Positions 40,096 through 50,026 of a stretch of 64,000 bases of DNA are shown in pieces. This stretch comes from a bacterium (GTDB taxonomy: Bacteria; Bdellovibrionota; UBA1018). The stretch is taken from positions 13,705 through 77,704 of the forward strand of contig JAIEMT010000028.1 of the NCBI GenBank assembly GCA_019751945.1. The letters run 5' to 3'. A program made the position numbers and the translations under genes. A model generated the notes under the pieces. That model did no database searches and was not told where the DNA came from. It saw nothing but the letters and a program-made list of their open reading frames with translations. Every line of letters starts with the position of its first letter. The stretch's first letter is position 1.

Positions 40096-41145
40096 ATGCA
40101 TTCACACCGAGTCACATTCATTTTAGCTTCTTTTTCCCTATTTTTTTCAACCGCCGTTTTTGCGCAAACCGGAACAAATGTTGGGGCCCCAGCGGCACCA
40201 TCGAAGCCTCTGAACCCCGACATGAGCATTAACTTTCTGGGTGTTGCGCGAATGTACTCGGGCTTTGCTCTTCAAGAAGCCGAGATGCAGTTCATAGCAG
40301 ACGTCGATCCTTACTTCCGCGCCAACGCCCTTTTTGCGGTTTCAAAGAATGCAACAACGGGAGAATACGGAATCGCCCCTGAAGAAATTTTCTTCGAGAC
40401 GATTTCCATTCCTTCCCTCACCGTGAAAGCTGGAAAATTTAAAGCAGCTCTCACGCGTCACAACCTTTTACATTCCCACGCATTCCCATTCATTAGCGCT
40501 CCGATAGTCAACACTGAACTTCTGGGCGACGAAGGATTGAACAATGCGGGTATTTCCGCTGCCGCTTTGGTACCGCTCCCCTGGTTCAGTGAGTTCACCC
40601 TTCAGGGTTTTACAAATAGCTCCACTCCCTTCAATAGCGGCAACTCAGGAGATTGGATAGGCGTTGCCCAATTTAGAAATCTTTGGGATCTAAACGACGA
40701 CCTCACTCTCGAGTTCAACCTTTCTGGAGCACAGGGAAAAAACGCCTATGCTGGAAAAACAAACATCGTCGCATCCGATCTGATTTTTAAATGGCGACCA
40801 GCGGTAGGTGGTAAGTATCAGGCATTGATCTGGCAGTCCGAGTTCCTTAGCGGGACGATGCGGGGAAAACCTTCGGACGACTCCGTGGATGGCTGGGCCA
40901 GCTGGTTACAATATCAATTCGCTCAACGCTGGTGGGCTCAGACTCGCTACGATATGACGGGAATTAGCGCCGCTACGCGAGCAAATCAGAAAAAACGCCT
41001 CAGCTTCTTGGTAGGATTTTTTCCTTCCGAATTTTCAGGATTTCGATTGGAGTATGGCCGCACCGAACAAGTCGCCACCACCGACCATGCCCTAGCATTG
41101 CAGTTTAACATCAGCATCGGGGCCCATCCCGCCCACGCCTACTAG
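40096..41145 (+). CDS. Putative outer-membrane beta-barrel protein (hypothetical)
   Basis: 349 aa. Signal peptide FILASFSLFFSTAVFAQ, alternating amphipathic strands and a terminal aromatic residue (..AHPAHAY). Lies directly upstream of the metal ABC genes. Confidence 0.5.
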   Translation: MHSHRVTFILASFSLFFSTAVFAQTGTNVGAPAAPSKPLNPDMSINFLGVARMYSGFALQEAEMQFIADVDPYFRANALFAVSKNATTGEYGIAPEEIFFETISIPSLTVKAGKFKAALTRHNLLHSHAFPFISAPIVNTELLGDEGLNNAGISAAALVPLPWFSEFTLQGFTNSSTPFNSGNSGDWIGVAQFRNLWDLNDDLTLEFNLSGAQGKNAYAGKTNIVASDLIFKWRPAVGGKYQALIWQSEFLSGTMRGKPSDDSVDGWASWLQYQFAQRWWAQTRYDMTGISAATRANQKKRLSFLVGFFPSEFSGFRLEYGRTEQVATTDHALALQFNISIGAHPAHAY

Positions 41146-41154
41146 AGGACTTCT

Positions 41155-42063
41155 ATGAAACGACATCTTTGGATCGCTCTTTCAGCTATTCTTTTCTTCA
41201 CTCCGACGGCTCAAGCAAAATTAAAAGTGGTGACCACCACTCCCGATCTCCGGGTGTTGGCCTCCGAAATCGGCGGCGACTTCATCGAAGTGGAATCGAT
41301 TGCCAAGGGCACTCAGGACTATCATTACATTGAGGCCAAGCCGTCTTACATGCTGAAGATCAACAAAGCCGACCTCGTTATTTCTGTGGGCTTAGACTTG
41401 GAAGTCGGCTGGCTTCCCAGCATTCTGCAAGGTGCTCGCAATCCAAAAGTGAATCCGGGCTCTCAAGGGTATCTGGAAGCCGGCAGTTTGGTACGTCGAC
41501 TCGAGGTTCCCACCGGGAATATTACTCGAGCCGATGGCGATGTTCACCCCGCAGGCAATCCTCATTATTCCTTGGACCCGATTGCCATGGGATCCGTTGC
41601 TGTGGGAATTGCAGATCGTCTGGCTGAAATGGACCCCAGGCATGGCGCCTACTACCGAGAAAAAGGGCAATCCATCCAAGTACGCTTCACGAAGAAATCT
41701 GCCGCCTGGTTAGAACGCCTGAAGAAGTCCAAAATCACGCAGATCATTACCTACCATAAAACTTTTTCGTACTTCTTCGAGCGCTTTCAAATTGCCAATC
41801 CCGCAATCCTCGAACCCAAGCCCGGAATACCTCCGACGGCTGCTCACGTTCTAGAAGTCATTGGCCTGATGAAGACCCATAAAATTTCTCTCGTCTTAGT
41901 TGAAAACTATTTCGACGCCACGATCGGGAAAAGAATTCAAGACGAAGTGCCAGGAGCTAGAATTGCCTCAGTACCGGTGGCAGTTGAAGGCGCGTCTGAA
42001 GTGAAGAACCTCGACGACCTCTACGAGAAACTTGTTTCGGTGATAGAAGGAAAAAATCCATGA
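41155..42063 (+). CDS. Metal (Zn/Mn) ABC transporter substrate-binding protein, ZnuA/TroA family
   Basis: 302 aa with a signal peptide. Family motifs HYIEAKPS, GNPHYSLDP and a His-containing loop. Confidence 0.85.
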   Translation: MKRHLWIALSAILFFTPTAQAKLKVVTTTPDLRVLASEIGGDFIEVESIAKGTQDYHYIEAKPSYMLKINKADLVISVGLDLEVGWLPSILQGARNPKVNPGSQGYLEAGSLVRRLEVPTGNITRADGDVHPAGNPHYSLDPIAMGSVAVGIADRLAEMDPRHGAYYREKGQSIQVRFTKKSAAWLERLKKSKITQIITYHKTFSYFFERFQIANPAILEPKPGIPPTAAHVLEVIGLMKTHKISLVLVENYFDATIGKRIQDEVPGARIASVPVAVEGASEVKNLDDLYEKLVSVIEGKNP

Positions 42064-42899
42064 CCCACACCACCTGGCAGGCCGCTCAGTTCCTAGCTGC
42101 TCCCTTTGTGATGTGTTTGATCCTGGCCGGAATTCACTGTTACCTAGGTCTGCACGTTCTAGCGCGCGGAGTAATTTTCGTGGACCTGAGCTTAGCCCAG
42201 GTAGCGGCCTTCGGTGCCACGTTCGCCATCGCCATGGGTTTTGATCACCACGCATCCGCTACCTATTTTATTTCCTTGGGAAGTACGTTCTTGGCGGCAG
42301 GACTTTTTGCTATGGCCCGTCGGCACGAAAATCTTTTCTCTCAAGAAGCCATCATCGGAATCGTTTACGCCCTGGCTTCGGCTGCCGTCGTCTTGGTGGT
42401 CGATCGCATTTCTCACGGTGCCGAACATATCAAAGATCTTTTGGTGGGGCAGGTCCTTTGGGTAACCTGGAAAGACGTCGCAAAGGTCACTGCAATCTAC
42501 GGAGCCGTCTCACTCGTTCATTGGATCTTTCGAAAACAGTTTATTCGTGCCTCCTTTTATAAGAGTGAAAACCCCGCAGCAGGACAAAATGCCTTTTGGG
42601 ATTTTCTTTTTTACGCTCTGTTTGGGGTCGTCATCACTTCTTCAGTCAGCATGGCCGGAGTGCTTCAAGTTTTCTCCTACCTGATTGTTCCGTCCGTCCT
42701 GAGCACCCTTTTCTTCAAAACCATTCGAAGCCGCCTACTCTTTGGTTGGGCTCTGGGTTTCGCTCTCAGCTTCTTAGGAATGATTTTGAGCTATGCCTGG
42801 GACTTGCCTGCAGGAGCGTTTATGGTCGTACTTTTCGCCCTAATGCCGGTGGTTTTCCTTCTAGTAACGCCCCTCGTGAAGAGACTAAAATCTAGATAA
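42060..42899 (+). CDS. Metal ABC transporter permease, ZnuB/TroCD family
   Basis: 279 aa, polytopic. 4-nt overlap with the binding-protein gene. Typical ABC-3 permease layout. Confidence 0.85.
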   Translation: MTHTTWQAAQFLAAPFVMCLILAGIHCYLGLHVLARGVIFVDLSLAQVAAFGATFAIAMGFDHHASATYFISLGSTFLAAGLFAMARRHENLFSQEAIIGIVYALASAAVVLVVDRISHGAEHIKDLLVGQVLWVTWKDVAKVTAIYGAVSLVHWIFRKQFIRASFYKSENPAAGQNAFWDFLFYALFGVVITSSVSMAGVLQVFSYLIVPSVLSTLFFKTIRSRLLFGWALGFALSFLGMILSYAWDLPAGAFMVVLFALMPVVFLLVTPLVKRLKSR

Positions 42900-43047
42900 C
42901 TGGCTGTTTTATTAGCCCAAATTTAAATTAGCGTAGCCTGACCAACTGTGTTAATCAGTTTAAGTACTTAGATTCCAGCTTCTTCAGAGTTTGCGGGCGC
43001 AGTGCCCATATGCTTCTGAGTAGCGCCCAAGGCTTGTAGGAGGTCAT

Positions 43048-43431
43048 GTGGGAAAGAAATTATACGTTGGTAACCTTCCGTTCACAGTAACGGATCAATC
43101 CCTTTTAGAAACATTTGCTCAATGTGGAACGGTGGAATCTGCAAAGATCATCACCGATCGCGACACCGGTCGCAGCAAGGGTTTCGGATTTGTCGAAATG
43201 TCGACTGAAGAAGAAGCACAAACGGTAATCAGCAAATTTCACGGCCAGGATTTCGGCGGACGTCCGATGACGGTCAGCGAAGCAAAGCCTATGGTCCCGC
43301 GTGAAGGCGGCGGCGGTGGACGCGGTGGCTTCGGTGGTGGCGGCGGCGGTCGTGGCGGCTTCGGCGGCGGCGGTGGCGGTGGACGCGGCGGTCGTGGCGG
43401 CGGCGGCGGTGGACGCGGCGGTCGTTTCTAA
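43048..43431 (+). CDS. RRM-type RNA-binding protein with Gly/Arg (RGG) tail
   Basis: 127 aa. GTG start 4 nt after an AGGAGG Shine-Dalgarno. RNP2 LYVGNL and RNP1 KGFGFVEM. The C-terminal roughly 45 aa are almost pure G/R. Confidence 0.9.
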   Translation: MGKKLYVGNLPFTVTDQSLLETFAQCGTVESAKIITDRDTGRSKGFGFVEMSTEEEAQTVISKFHGQDFGGRPMTVSEAKPMVPREGGGGGRGGFGGGGGGRGGFGGGGGGGRGGRGGGGGGRGGRF

Positions 43432-43458
43432 ATAGATTTTCTATTCTGAAAAGAGAAA

Positions 43459-43489
43459 GGCGAGCAGCGAAAGCTGTTCGCCTTTTTTT
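43459..43489. terminator. Bidirectional Rho-independent terminator
   Basis: GGCGAGCAGC-GAAA-GCTGTTCGCC: a 10-bp stem with one G-U pair and a GNRA loop. It is followed by TTTTTTT and preceded by an A-rich run. It sits between the convergent RRM gene and lipB. Confidence 0.75.
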
Positions 43490-44201
43490 ATGTCTTCTGG
43501 GTCTTCTGAGTTTGGGGCAAGAAACGAGATTGCGCCGCGCTTAGAATTTCCTGGCCCAGAGTCTCAAACCGTTCAGAAAGTTCCGACATCGAATAGACAA
43601 TTCCACTTTTCAAAGTCATCTCATTCAAAAGATAGTCGACCGGCTCATCCAAGCCACAAGGGCGAAGTCCCATGAAACTTTTTTCGGTGTGAAATCCATT
43701 GATGGCAATTCCATGAAGAAGCACGCCTTTGACAATGCGGACTCCTAACGAAGCAACCTTTCCTTGAGGTGTCCAGACTCCCAGTTCTTTTCCCATCTTG
43801 ATTTCCGAGCGAGGAGCGTACTTTTCACAAACTCCCAAGGCGATTTCTAAAAGACTCTCCACTGCAATTCGAACTCCCCGACGATCTCCTGTCAGGCGTT
43901 CGAGCGAATCGACGACATAGAGCACCCACTGCCCGGGGCCGTGATAAGTCGCCATCCCTCCCCGATCGGTGGAAACTAAATCAATGCCAAGCGCGGCTAG
44001 CGCTTCTTTACTCATCAAAACATCAGTAGGAGCGGTTCGCTTGGCAACTGAAATGACCGGCGCCACTTCAGAAAGCAGAATGGCTCCCGTGCCCCCATTT
44101 TCAACGCGCGCAGCAACCTCCCGCTGGAGGCGATCCAGCATCTGATAGGTCCAAGGATGGTCAGGAAGGTGCCTGTGAATCTTTACTTCTAACATGCGCA
44201 C
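43488..44201 (-). CDS. lipB: Octanoyltransferase (lipoyl(octanoyl) transferase)
   Basis: 237 aa. TDRGGMATYHGPGQWVLY and the catalytic-Cys region GLRPCG are LipB hallmarks. Confidence 0.9.
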   Translation of the reverse strand: MRMLEVKIHRHLPDHPWTYQMLDRLQREVAARVENGGTGAILLSEVAPVISVAKRTAPTDVLMSKEALAALGIDLVSTDRGGMATYHGPGQWVLYVVDSLERLTGDRRGVRIAVESLLEIALGVCEKYAPRSEIKMGKELGVWTPQGKVASLGVRIVKGVLLHGIAINGFHTEKSFMGLRPCGLDEPVDYLLNEMTLKSGIVYSMSELSERFETLGQEILSAAQSRFLPQTQKTQKT

Positions 44202-45170
44202 TCAGTACAATTGAACGACGTCGCCTTCTTGAAAGTTACCGCCGGTGTGAATTTCAGAAACAGCTCCATCGGTGCCGATAAAATCGACCACTTCTAGTGT
44301 GCCCTTGAGCTGACCTTGAGCTCTGCCCAAATAGGCTCCCGTCGATTTATCGTAAACATCATCCCCTGGAGAGAGAATCTTCAGAATATCTCCCGCAACA
44401 AGGCCGGAAGCTTTTCCAGCATTGACGTAGACTTTGGAACCTGAAATCTTCGCGACTCGGCCTTCCCACTGAAGCTTCTCAATCGCGCGAAGCACATCCG
44501 GCAACATATGGGACATCGCTTTTCGAATAGCAAGCTTCGTCATCTCCGCGCGAAACTCGGGGCTTTCAAGATTGGATCCTTCGATCGCTACCATTGCAGT
44601 AGAAGAAGCATCTCCCGATTTTCCGATGGCCATCACTTCCCGACCGCTGCCGACGTCAAAAAGTTTTACTTCCGTATCGACCGCTACCATGGATTGCTTG
44701 TTTCTTAAAAGTCCGACATCATCGCCGCGCTGCCTGAAAACAATCTTACTAATACGTCCCACCATTAAGATGGTTACGCCCATGCGCTTTCCTTCGCGAA
44801 TCAGCTGGGCCACTTTGACTTTGTCACCCTGAAGAAAATCATTGGTCGCCATGTCGGATTTCACATCCGTCGGAACGATGAGGCGCTGACTGAGGTAGAG
44901 GTAGCGACGTAACTCATCCGCTGCAAACATTCCCAAATCCGATTGCTTAATGGGAGTGTCGTTCCAGAAATCGAAAACAAAAACGCGTTTCTTGGGTTGC
45001 CCCACCGTTTCAAGTTTTCCCGTCTTGGAAGGAGGAGCTTGATTACGATCGTAGTAGGAGGGCGCAGAGGGGGGCTCCGGTTTATAGGTCGCTTCATCGT
45101 TTCGAAACTGCGGTGACCGATTGCAAGAGGTCAACCCCACCACCAATGCCATTAATAGAATTCTTTTCAT
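44202..45170 (-). CDS. Lipoprotein (hypothetical; LpoB/CsgG-like N-part, beta-rich C-part)
   Basis: 322 aa. Lipobox LVVGLTSC. The family resemblance is weak and by eye only. Zero-nt spacers to both neighbours. Confidence 0.55.
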   Translation of the reverse strand: MKRILLMALVVGLTSCNRSPQFRNDEATYKPEPPSAPSYYDRNQAPPSKTGKLETVGQPKKRVFVFDFWNDTPIKQSDLGMFAADELRRYLYLSQRLIVPTDVKSDMATNDFLQGDKVKVAQLIREGKRMGVTILMVGRISKIVFRQRGDDVGLLRNKQSMVAVDTEVKLFDVGSGREVMAIGKSGDASSTAMVAIEGSNLESPEFRAEMTKLAIRKAMSHMLPDVLRAIEKLQWEGRVAKISGSKVYVNAGKASGLVAGDILKILSPGDDVYDKSTGAYLGRAQGQLKGTLEVVDFIGTDGAVSEIHTGGNFQEGDVVQLY

Positions 45171-46244
45171 CTATCGAATCTCCAAACGCAACATTCGATC
45201 TGTCATTCCTTCGAAAGAAAGTCTTCCAGCTGCGCCAACAGTCCCAGCTTCCACTGGCACCCCAAGCAACATCGACTTCACCTGCTGAATATTTTTCTTG
45301 AGCCGAAAACCTAATAGAACTTTCCCGCGCGACATTCTCTTCTCTTGCAAAGGAGTTGCATCGCGAAGCACGCGCTGAATCTGATCCTTCATTTTGTTGT
45401 ACTGAGTGAAGTCCTTGAATCCAGAGACCTCGAGCATGAGGTCATCTTCCGATCCGCTCAACCCTGCAGCACCGGCAGCCTTTCCTCCGAAGTCCATGAA
45501 GGTTTCGATCAGGAGTTTTGAAGCTGCCATTTCAAAAGAGTGAGTTTCGATCAGCTCTAGCTCGCCATCGTGTTTCAGCTCTCGCATCACTTCCGAACCC
45601 GTGTCGCTACCCAGACGAATATTCATAAAGACGCGAATTTTGAATTTCTTTTCGTCTGCGTGAACGGAATCCACTTCATCTTGAACTTCCTGTTCCACTT
45701 CCATAATCAAGGCGCCCACATTGTCGCGTATTTTAGCGATTTCGCTCAGCTTGTTATTCAGCGCTTTACCCTTCAGATCGGGGTCGTTCAGATCTTCCAT
45801 GTTCATCTTCCGAACACTGAAGCCTCGACGATCAGCCCAACCCTTCATCATATTGCCGATACTTCCGGAAGCTTGAACGCACTTTTCGCAATTCTGATCT
45901 ACCCGCAAATAAGTGAGAAGCGAAAGATCTTGGCGCTTCAAAACTTTTGAAGCAGAGAAATTAAAGTATTTTCGAATCGAATCGAAATCGATTTCGACCT
46001 GAAGTCCCTTCGGAGTAGGACGATAATCCTTCACAAAACGGTTGGCGTAAGGAATCACTTCGTCTTGAAAAATGGTTCGCTGCCAGGGTTCCAAAGTACC
46101 TAAGGTCTTGGCTTGAGCATTGATGGCTTCCTGAAGCTGAGCGAGAACATTTTGATGCACCTCATCAAGCGGGCCGGAAGCATGTGAAGCCTGGATTATA
46201 CTGAAGAAAAGAAGGCCCAACACCCATGCACGCAGCGATTTCAT
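45171..46244 (-). CDS. Secreted hypothetical protein
   Basis: 357 aa. Signal peptide MKSLRAWVLGLLFFSIIQASHA. No recognised motif. Confidence 0.5.
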   Translation of the reverse strand: MKSLRAWVLGLLFFSIIQASHASGPLDEVHQNVLAQLQEAINAQAKTLGTLEPWQRTIFQDEVIPYANRFVKDYRPTPKGLQVEIDFDSIRKYFNFSASKVLKRQDLSLLTYLRVDQNCEKCVQASGSIGNMMKGWADRRGFSVRKMNMEDLNDPDLKGKALNNKLSEIAKIRDNVGALIMEVEQEVQDEVDSVHADEKKFKIRVFMNIRLGSDTGSEVMRELKHDGELELIETHSFEMAASKLLIETFMDFGGKAAGAAGLSGSEDDLMLEVSGFKDFTQYNKMKDQIQRVLRDATPLQEKRMSRGKVLLGFRLKKNIQQVKSMLLGVPVEAGTVGAAGRLSFEGMTDRMLRLEIR

Positions 46245-46281
46245 GTGTACAGTTTAGCACGCGGAAAGCAGGCGTCCATCC

Positions 46282-49200
46282 TTATTGAAGACGCACCACG
46301 TCAGAGCCAAAGATGGCGTTGAACTGTTCCACCATCTGAGGACTCGGGGTCACACCGATGGTTTTCGGAAGCTGGAGTGAGGTCTTATAACTCGGATCTT
46401 TGAATTCGAGTTTCACCGGAATCTTTCCCCGAAACTGAATTAAACTTCGTTTAAATTCTCGAAGCTGATCCGGATTAATCTGAGAAGGCTGTAAAATCAA
46501 CGTGACCTGACTCACACGACCTTTGTGGGCTTCTGCTAAAGACTCAATGGTACGCGCAAAAATCTTGGGATTGTCTTCTCCGAATTCCAACTCTCCCACT
46601 AAAAGCACGGGTTCGGAATCTGCTAGAGACTTGCGCAAATATTCTTGGCACGCGGCATAGGCCTCTGGAAAAAAGACGACCTCAATTCGACCGCGCAGAT
46701 CTTCAAACTGAGTGAAGGCCATACGCGTTCCCTTCTTCGTCATCACCTCTCGCATTTCGGTGAAGAGTCCGCCCAACTTTCCTTCAGGGCGAGTGGGTCG
46801 GAATTTAAAGGGAACGAACTCAGCCGGCTTATCTCCCTCTTTAGGTTTGGACTTCGCTTTTTGTGCCGCTTTTTCTTCCGCAACACGCTTTACTTTTTCG
46901 ACCGTCCAACCCAGCCATTCTTCGCAAATGCGTTGCCAGGTATCCATGGGATGACCGGAAACGTAAAATCCCAAAACTTGCTTTTCTAGTGAAAGGCGTC
47001 GAGACCGGTTGAAATCTTCTTCATTCTTAAAGAGATTCTCAGTCGGCGTAACGAGCTTAATTTCTTCAGCAGTGAACGAATCAAAAAGTGAAGACTGCCC
47101 AAGAGCGCGCTCTTCCTGATCGTCAGTCGCGTGTTCCAAAATGCCTTCAATTGAAGCAAAAAGGCTGGCTCGATTCACTTCTGCAATCTTGTCAAAGGCT
47201 CCGGCCAGAGTTAGCGACTCCACCACTTTCTTATTCACCTTTCGAGTCGGAACCCTTCGACAAAAATCTAAAACGTTCTTAAAGGGTTCTTGAGTCCGCG
47301 CTTCCAAAATCGTATCGACAGCGATGCCGCCGACTCCCTTAATCGCTTCCAAACCAAAGCGAATTCCCTTCTTTCCGTCCAACTTTTCTACGCTGAATCG
47401 CTTTTGCGAATGGTTCACGTCGGGAGGAAGAATCGGAATATCGTGATCGCGCGCGTCTGCAATGTATTTTGTAATTTTATCGGTGTTGTCCATTTCAGTG
47501 GTCATCAACGCCGCAAGAAACTCGGCAGGATAATAAGTTTTTAAATAAGCAGTTTGGTACGTCAGCACAGCATACGCAGCGGAGTGAGACTTATTAAAAC
47601 CGTACTCTGCAAACTTCGCCATCAAGTCAAAGAGGGCCGAGGCCTTTTCCGATTCCAAGCCCTTCTCAGTGGCACCTTTTACAAAAATGTCTCGATGCTT
47701 CGCCATTTCCTCAGGCTTTTTCTTTCCCATCGCTCGGCGAAGCAGATCGGCTTGACCAAGAGAATATCCCGCGAGTTCACGCGCAATCTGCATGACTTGC
47801 TCCTGGTAAAGAATGACCCCGTAGGTATCGTTCAGAATGGGAGCCAGCGTTTCCACTTCATAAGAGATGGGCTTACGACCATGTTTACAATCGATGAAAT
47901 CGTCAACCATTCCCGATCCGAGCGGACCTGGACGGTAAAGCGCATTGATAGCGGTGAGGTCTTCAATCGAGTTTGGAATAATCCGTGTACAGAGGTCTTT
48001 CATGCCGGAGCTTTCGACTTGAAACACACCGTCTGTATCGCCGGAGCTAATCAGATCAAAAACTTTCTGATCTCGATAATTAATAGTCTGAAGAGAAAGC
48101 TTTGAAGACTCATCCCCCGGTTGCGCATTCTTATGAACGAGCTGCACCGCTTGATCAATCACAGTCAGCGTCTTTAATCCCAGAAAGTCGTACTTCACCA
48201 AGCCAATGGCTTCGGCAGAGTCCTTATCGAATTGGGTGACAATGTCCCCTTCTCGACCCACATAGAGCGGACAGTACTCCACCATCGGTTTTTCCGTGAT
48301 GATCACACCGGCAGCGTGAATGCCGGCGTTTCGATAGAGACCTTCTAACTTGAGCGCATACTCCACGACTTTGGCAATCTTCGGTTCCGCGTCCATTTTT
48401 TCGCGGATTCGAGGTTCCTTGTTGAGCGCGTCTTGAATCGTAATATTGAGTTCTTCGGGCAAAAGCTTAGTGAGCTGATCGGTCTCAGCAAAGGAAAGAC
48501 CTAACACTCGGCCAACATCTTTTAAAACAGCGCGCGCTTGAAGTTTGCCGTAGGTAATAATCTGGCAGACATTGTCTTTTCCGTACTTCTGGGTGACGTA
48601 GTCAATCACCTCTCCTCGACGATCTTGACAGAAGTCGACGTCAAAGTCGGGCATGCTGATACGTTCAGGATTAATAAAACGCTCAAACAGCAGCTTGAAT
48701 TGAATCGGGTCAATGTCGGTAATCTTTAAAACATAAGCAACGAGCGATCCCGCTCCCGATCCACGGCCAGGGCCCACAGGTATAGAATTTCGTTTAGCCC
48801 AGTTAATAAAGTCTGCGACGATTAAGAAGTAATCCGAGAAGCCTGTCTTCTCGATCATCTTTAACTCGCCCTCGAGGCGATCTTCGTAGGACTTCTTAAG
48901 TTCTTCCCAATTCGGCTGCTGACGAACTTCTGCAAACTGATGCTCTTCGAATCGTTCTTTCAACCCGATTCGAGCTTGCTCCCAAAAGTACGCGATGGAA
49001 TCAAAGGTCTTTCGGTCCACTCCATCGGGAGCAAATTTGGGAAGCTGGTAAATCGTACGACCCTTTGCATCCCAAAATTCAAACTCCACATTGCAGAGCT
49101 CAGCAATTTTAAGTGTGTTGTCGCAAGCCTCAGGAAATCGAGAGAAGCGTTCCCGCATTAATGCTGCTGGTTTTAAATAGTATTCAGGTGGCGCTAAACT

Positions 49201-49968
49201 TTTAGGTCGATCAAAATCAAGATTTTTTCCCGTTTCAATACACTGAAGAATTTCGTGTGATTCCGCATCACACGGTTCGAGATAATGGCAATCAGCAGTG
49301 GCAACACACTCCACGCCGAGATTTTTTCCCCATTCATAAAGGGTTTGATTCACCACATCTTGTTCAGGCAGACCGGTGTCTTGAAGTTCGAGGAAAAAAT
49401 CTTTTCCAAATCTTTCTTTAAACCATTTCAGAGATTGCTGCGCGACAGACTCTTCGCCGGTCAGAATTCGATAGGGAATTTCACCCTTGATGCAACCCGA
49501 GAGAACAATCAATCCCTCTCCATATTTATTTAACATCTCTCGATCGACGATGGCCTTACTCGCAGAAGCCGGCTGACCTTTCTGGGGCGGAGGCACATCG
49601 AGGTAGGCTTGAGTAATGAGCTTACAAAGATTCTGATAGCCCCGCAGATTCTTACAAAGCAGAACCAGGTGGAAAAACTTCAGAGCAGGCGTCGCATCCC
49701 GATGCTGAGGACCGCTCGCTGCTGGCTGAAGCGCAGCCCGCCCCTCCGGGAGATACATCACTTCACAACCTAAAATCGGTTTGATTTTGGCGCCCTTCGC
49801 CGACTTATAGAAATCAATCGCACCAAACATATTGTTGGTGTCCGTGATGGCGACGGCGGACATGCCAAGCTCACCTACACGCTGAAGCAGGGACTCCATC
49901 GGAATGGCGCCTTGCAACAAGCTGTATTGAGTATGAACGTGAAGATGGACAAATCCTTCTTGTGACAT
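46282..49968 (-). CDS. dnaE: DNA polymerase III alpha subunit
   Basis: 1228 aa. N-terminal PHP domain FVHLHVHTQYSLLQGA, the palm/fingers segment PDFDVDFC and HhH and OB regions. Confidence 0.95.
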   Translation of the reverse strand: MSQEGFVHLHVHTQYSLLQGAIPMESLLQRVGELGMSAVAITDTNNMFGAIDFYKSAKGAKIKPILGCEVMYLPEGRAALQPAASGPQHRDATPALKFFHLVLLCKNLRGYQNLCKLITQAYLDVPPPQKGQPASASKAIVDREMLNKYGEGLIVLSGCIKGEIPYRILTGEESVAQQSLKWFKERFGKDFFLELQDTGLPEQDVVNQTLYEWGKNLGVECVATADCHYLEPCDAESHEILQCIETGKNLDFDRPKSLAPPEYYLKPAALMRERFSRFPEACDNTLKIAELCNVEFEFWDAKGRTIYQLPKFAPDGVDRKTFDSIAYFWEQARIGLKERFEEHQFAEVRQQPNWEELKKSYEDRLEGELKMIEKTGFSDYFLIVADFINWAKRNSIPVGPGRGSGAGSLVAYVLKITDIDPIQFKLLFERFINPERISMPDFDVDFCQDRRGEVIDYVTQKYGKDNVCQIITYGKLQARAVLKDVGRVLGLSFAETDQLTKLLPEELNITIQDALNKEPRIREKMDAEPKIAKVVEYALKLEGLYRNAGIHAAGVIITEKPMVEYCPLYVGREGDIVTQFDKDSAEAIGLVKYDFLGLKTLTVIDQAVQLVHKNAQPGDESSKLSLQTINYRDQKVFDLISSGDTDGVFQVESSGMKDLCTRIIPNSIEDLTAINALYRPGPLGSGMVDDFIDCKHGRKPISYEVETLAPILNDTYGVILYQEQVMQIARELAGYSLGQADLLRRAMGKKKPEEMAKHRDIFVKGATEKGLESEKASALFDLMAKFAEYGFNKSHSAAYAVLTYQTAYLKTYYPAEFLAALMTTEMDNTDKITKYIADARDHDIPILPPDVNHSQKRFSVEKLDGKKGIRFGLEAIKGVGGIAVDTILEARTQEPFKNVLDFCRRVPTRKVNKKVVESLTLAGAFDKIAEVNRASLFASIEGILEHATDDQEERALGQSSLFDSFTAEEIKLVTPTENLFKNEEDFNRSRRLSLEKQVLGFYVSGHPMDTWQRICEEWLGWTVEKVKRVAEEKAAQKAKSKPKEGDKPAEFVPFKFRPTRPEGKLGGLFTEMREVMTKKGTRMAFTQFEDLRGRIEVVFFPEAYAACQEYLRKSLADSEPVLLVGELEFGEDNPKIFARTIESLAEAHKGRVSQVTLILQPSQINPDQLREFKRSLIQFRGKIPVKLEFKDPSYKTSLQLPKTIGVTPSPQMVEQFNAIFGSDVVRLQ

Positions 49969-50026
49969 CTGGCTCAGTATTAATAGAGGCGGAGAGGAAA
50001 CTCCATACGAAAGGCAAATGCAGACT

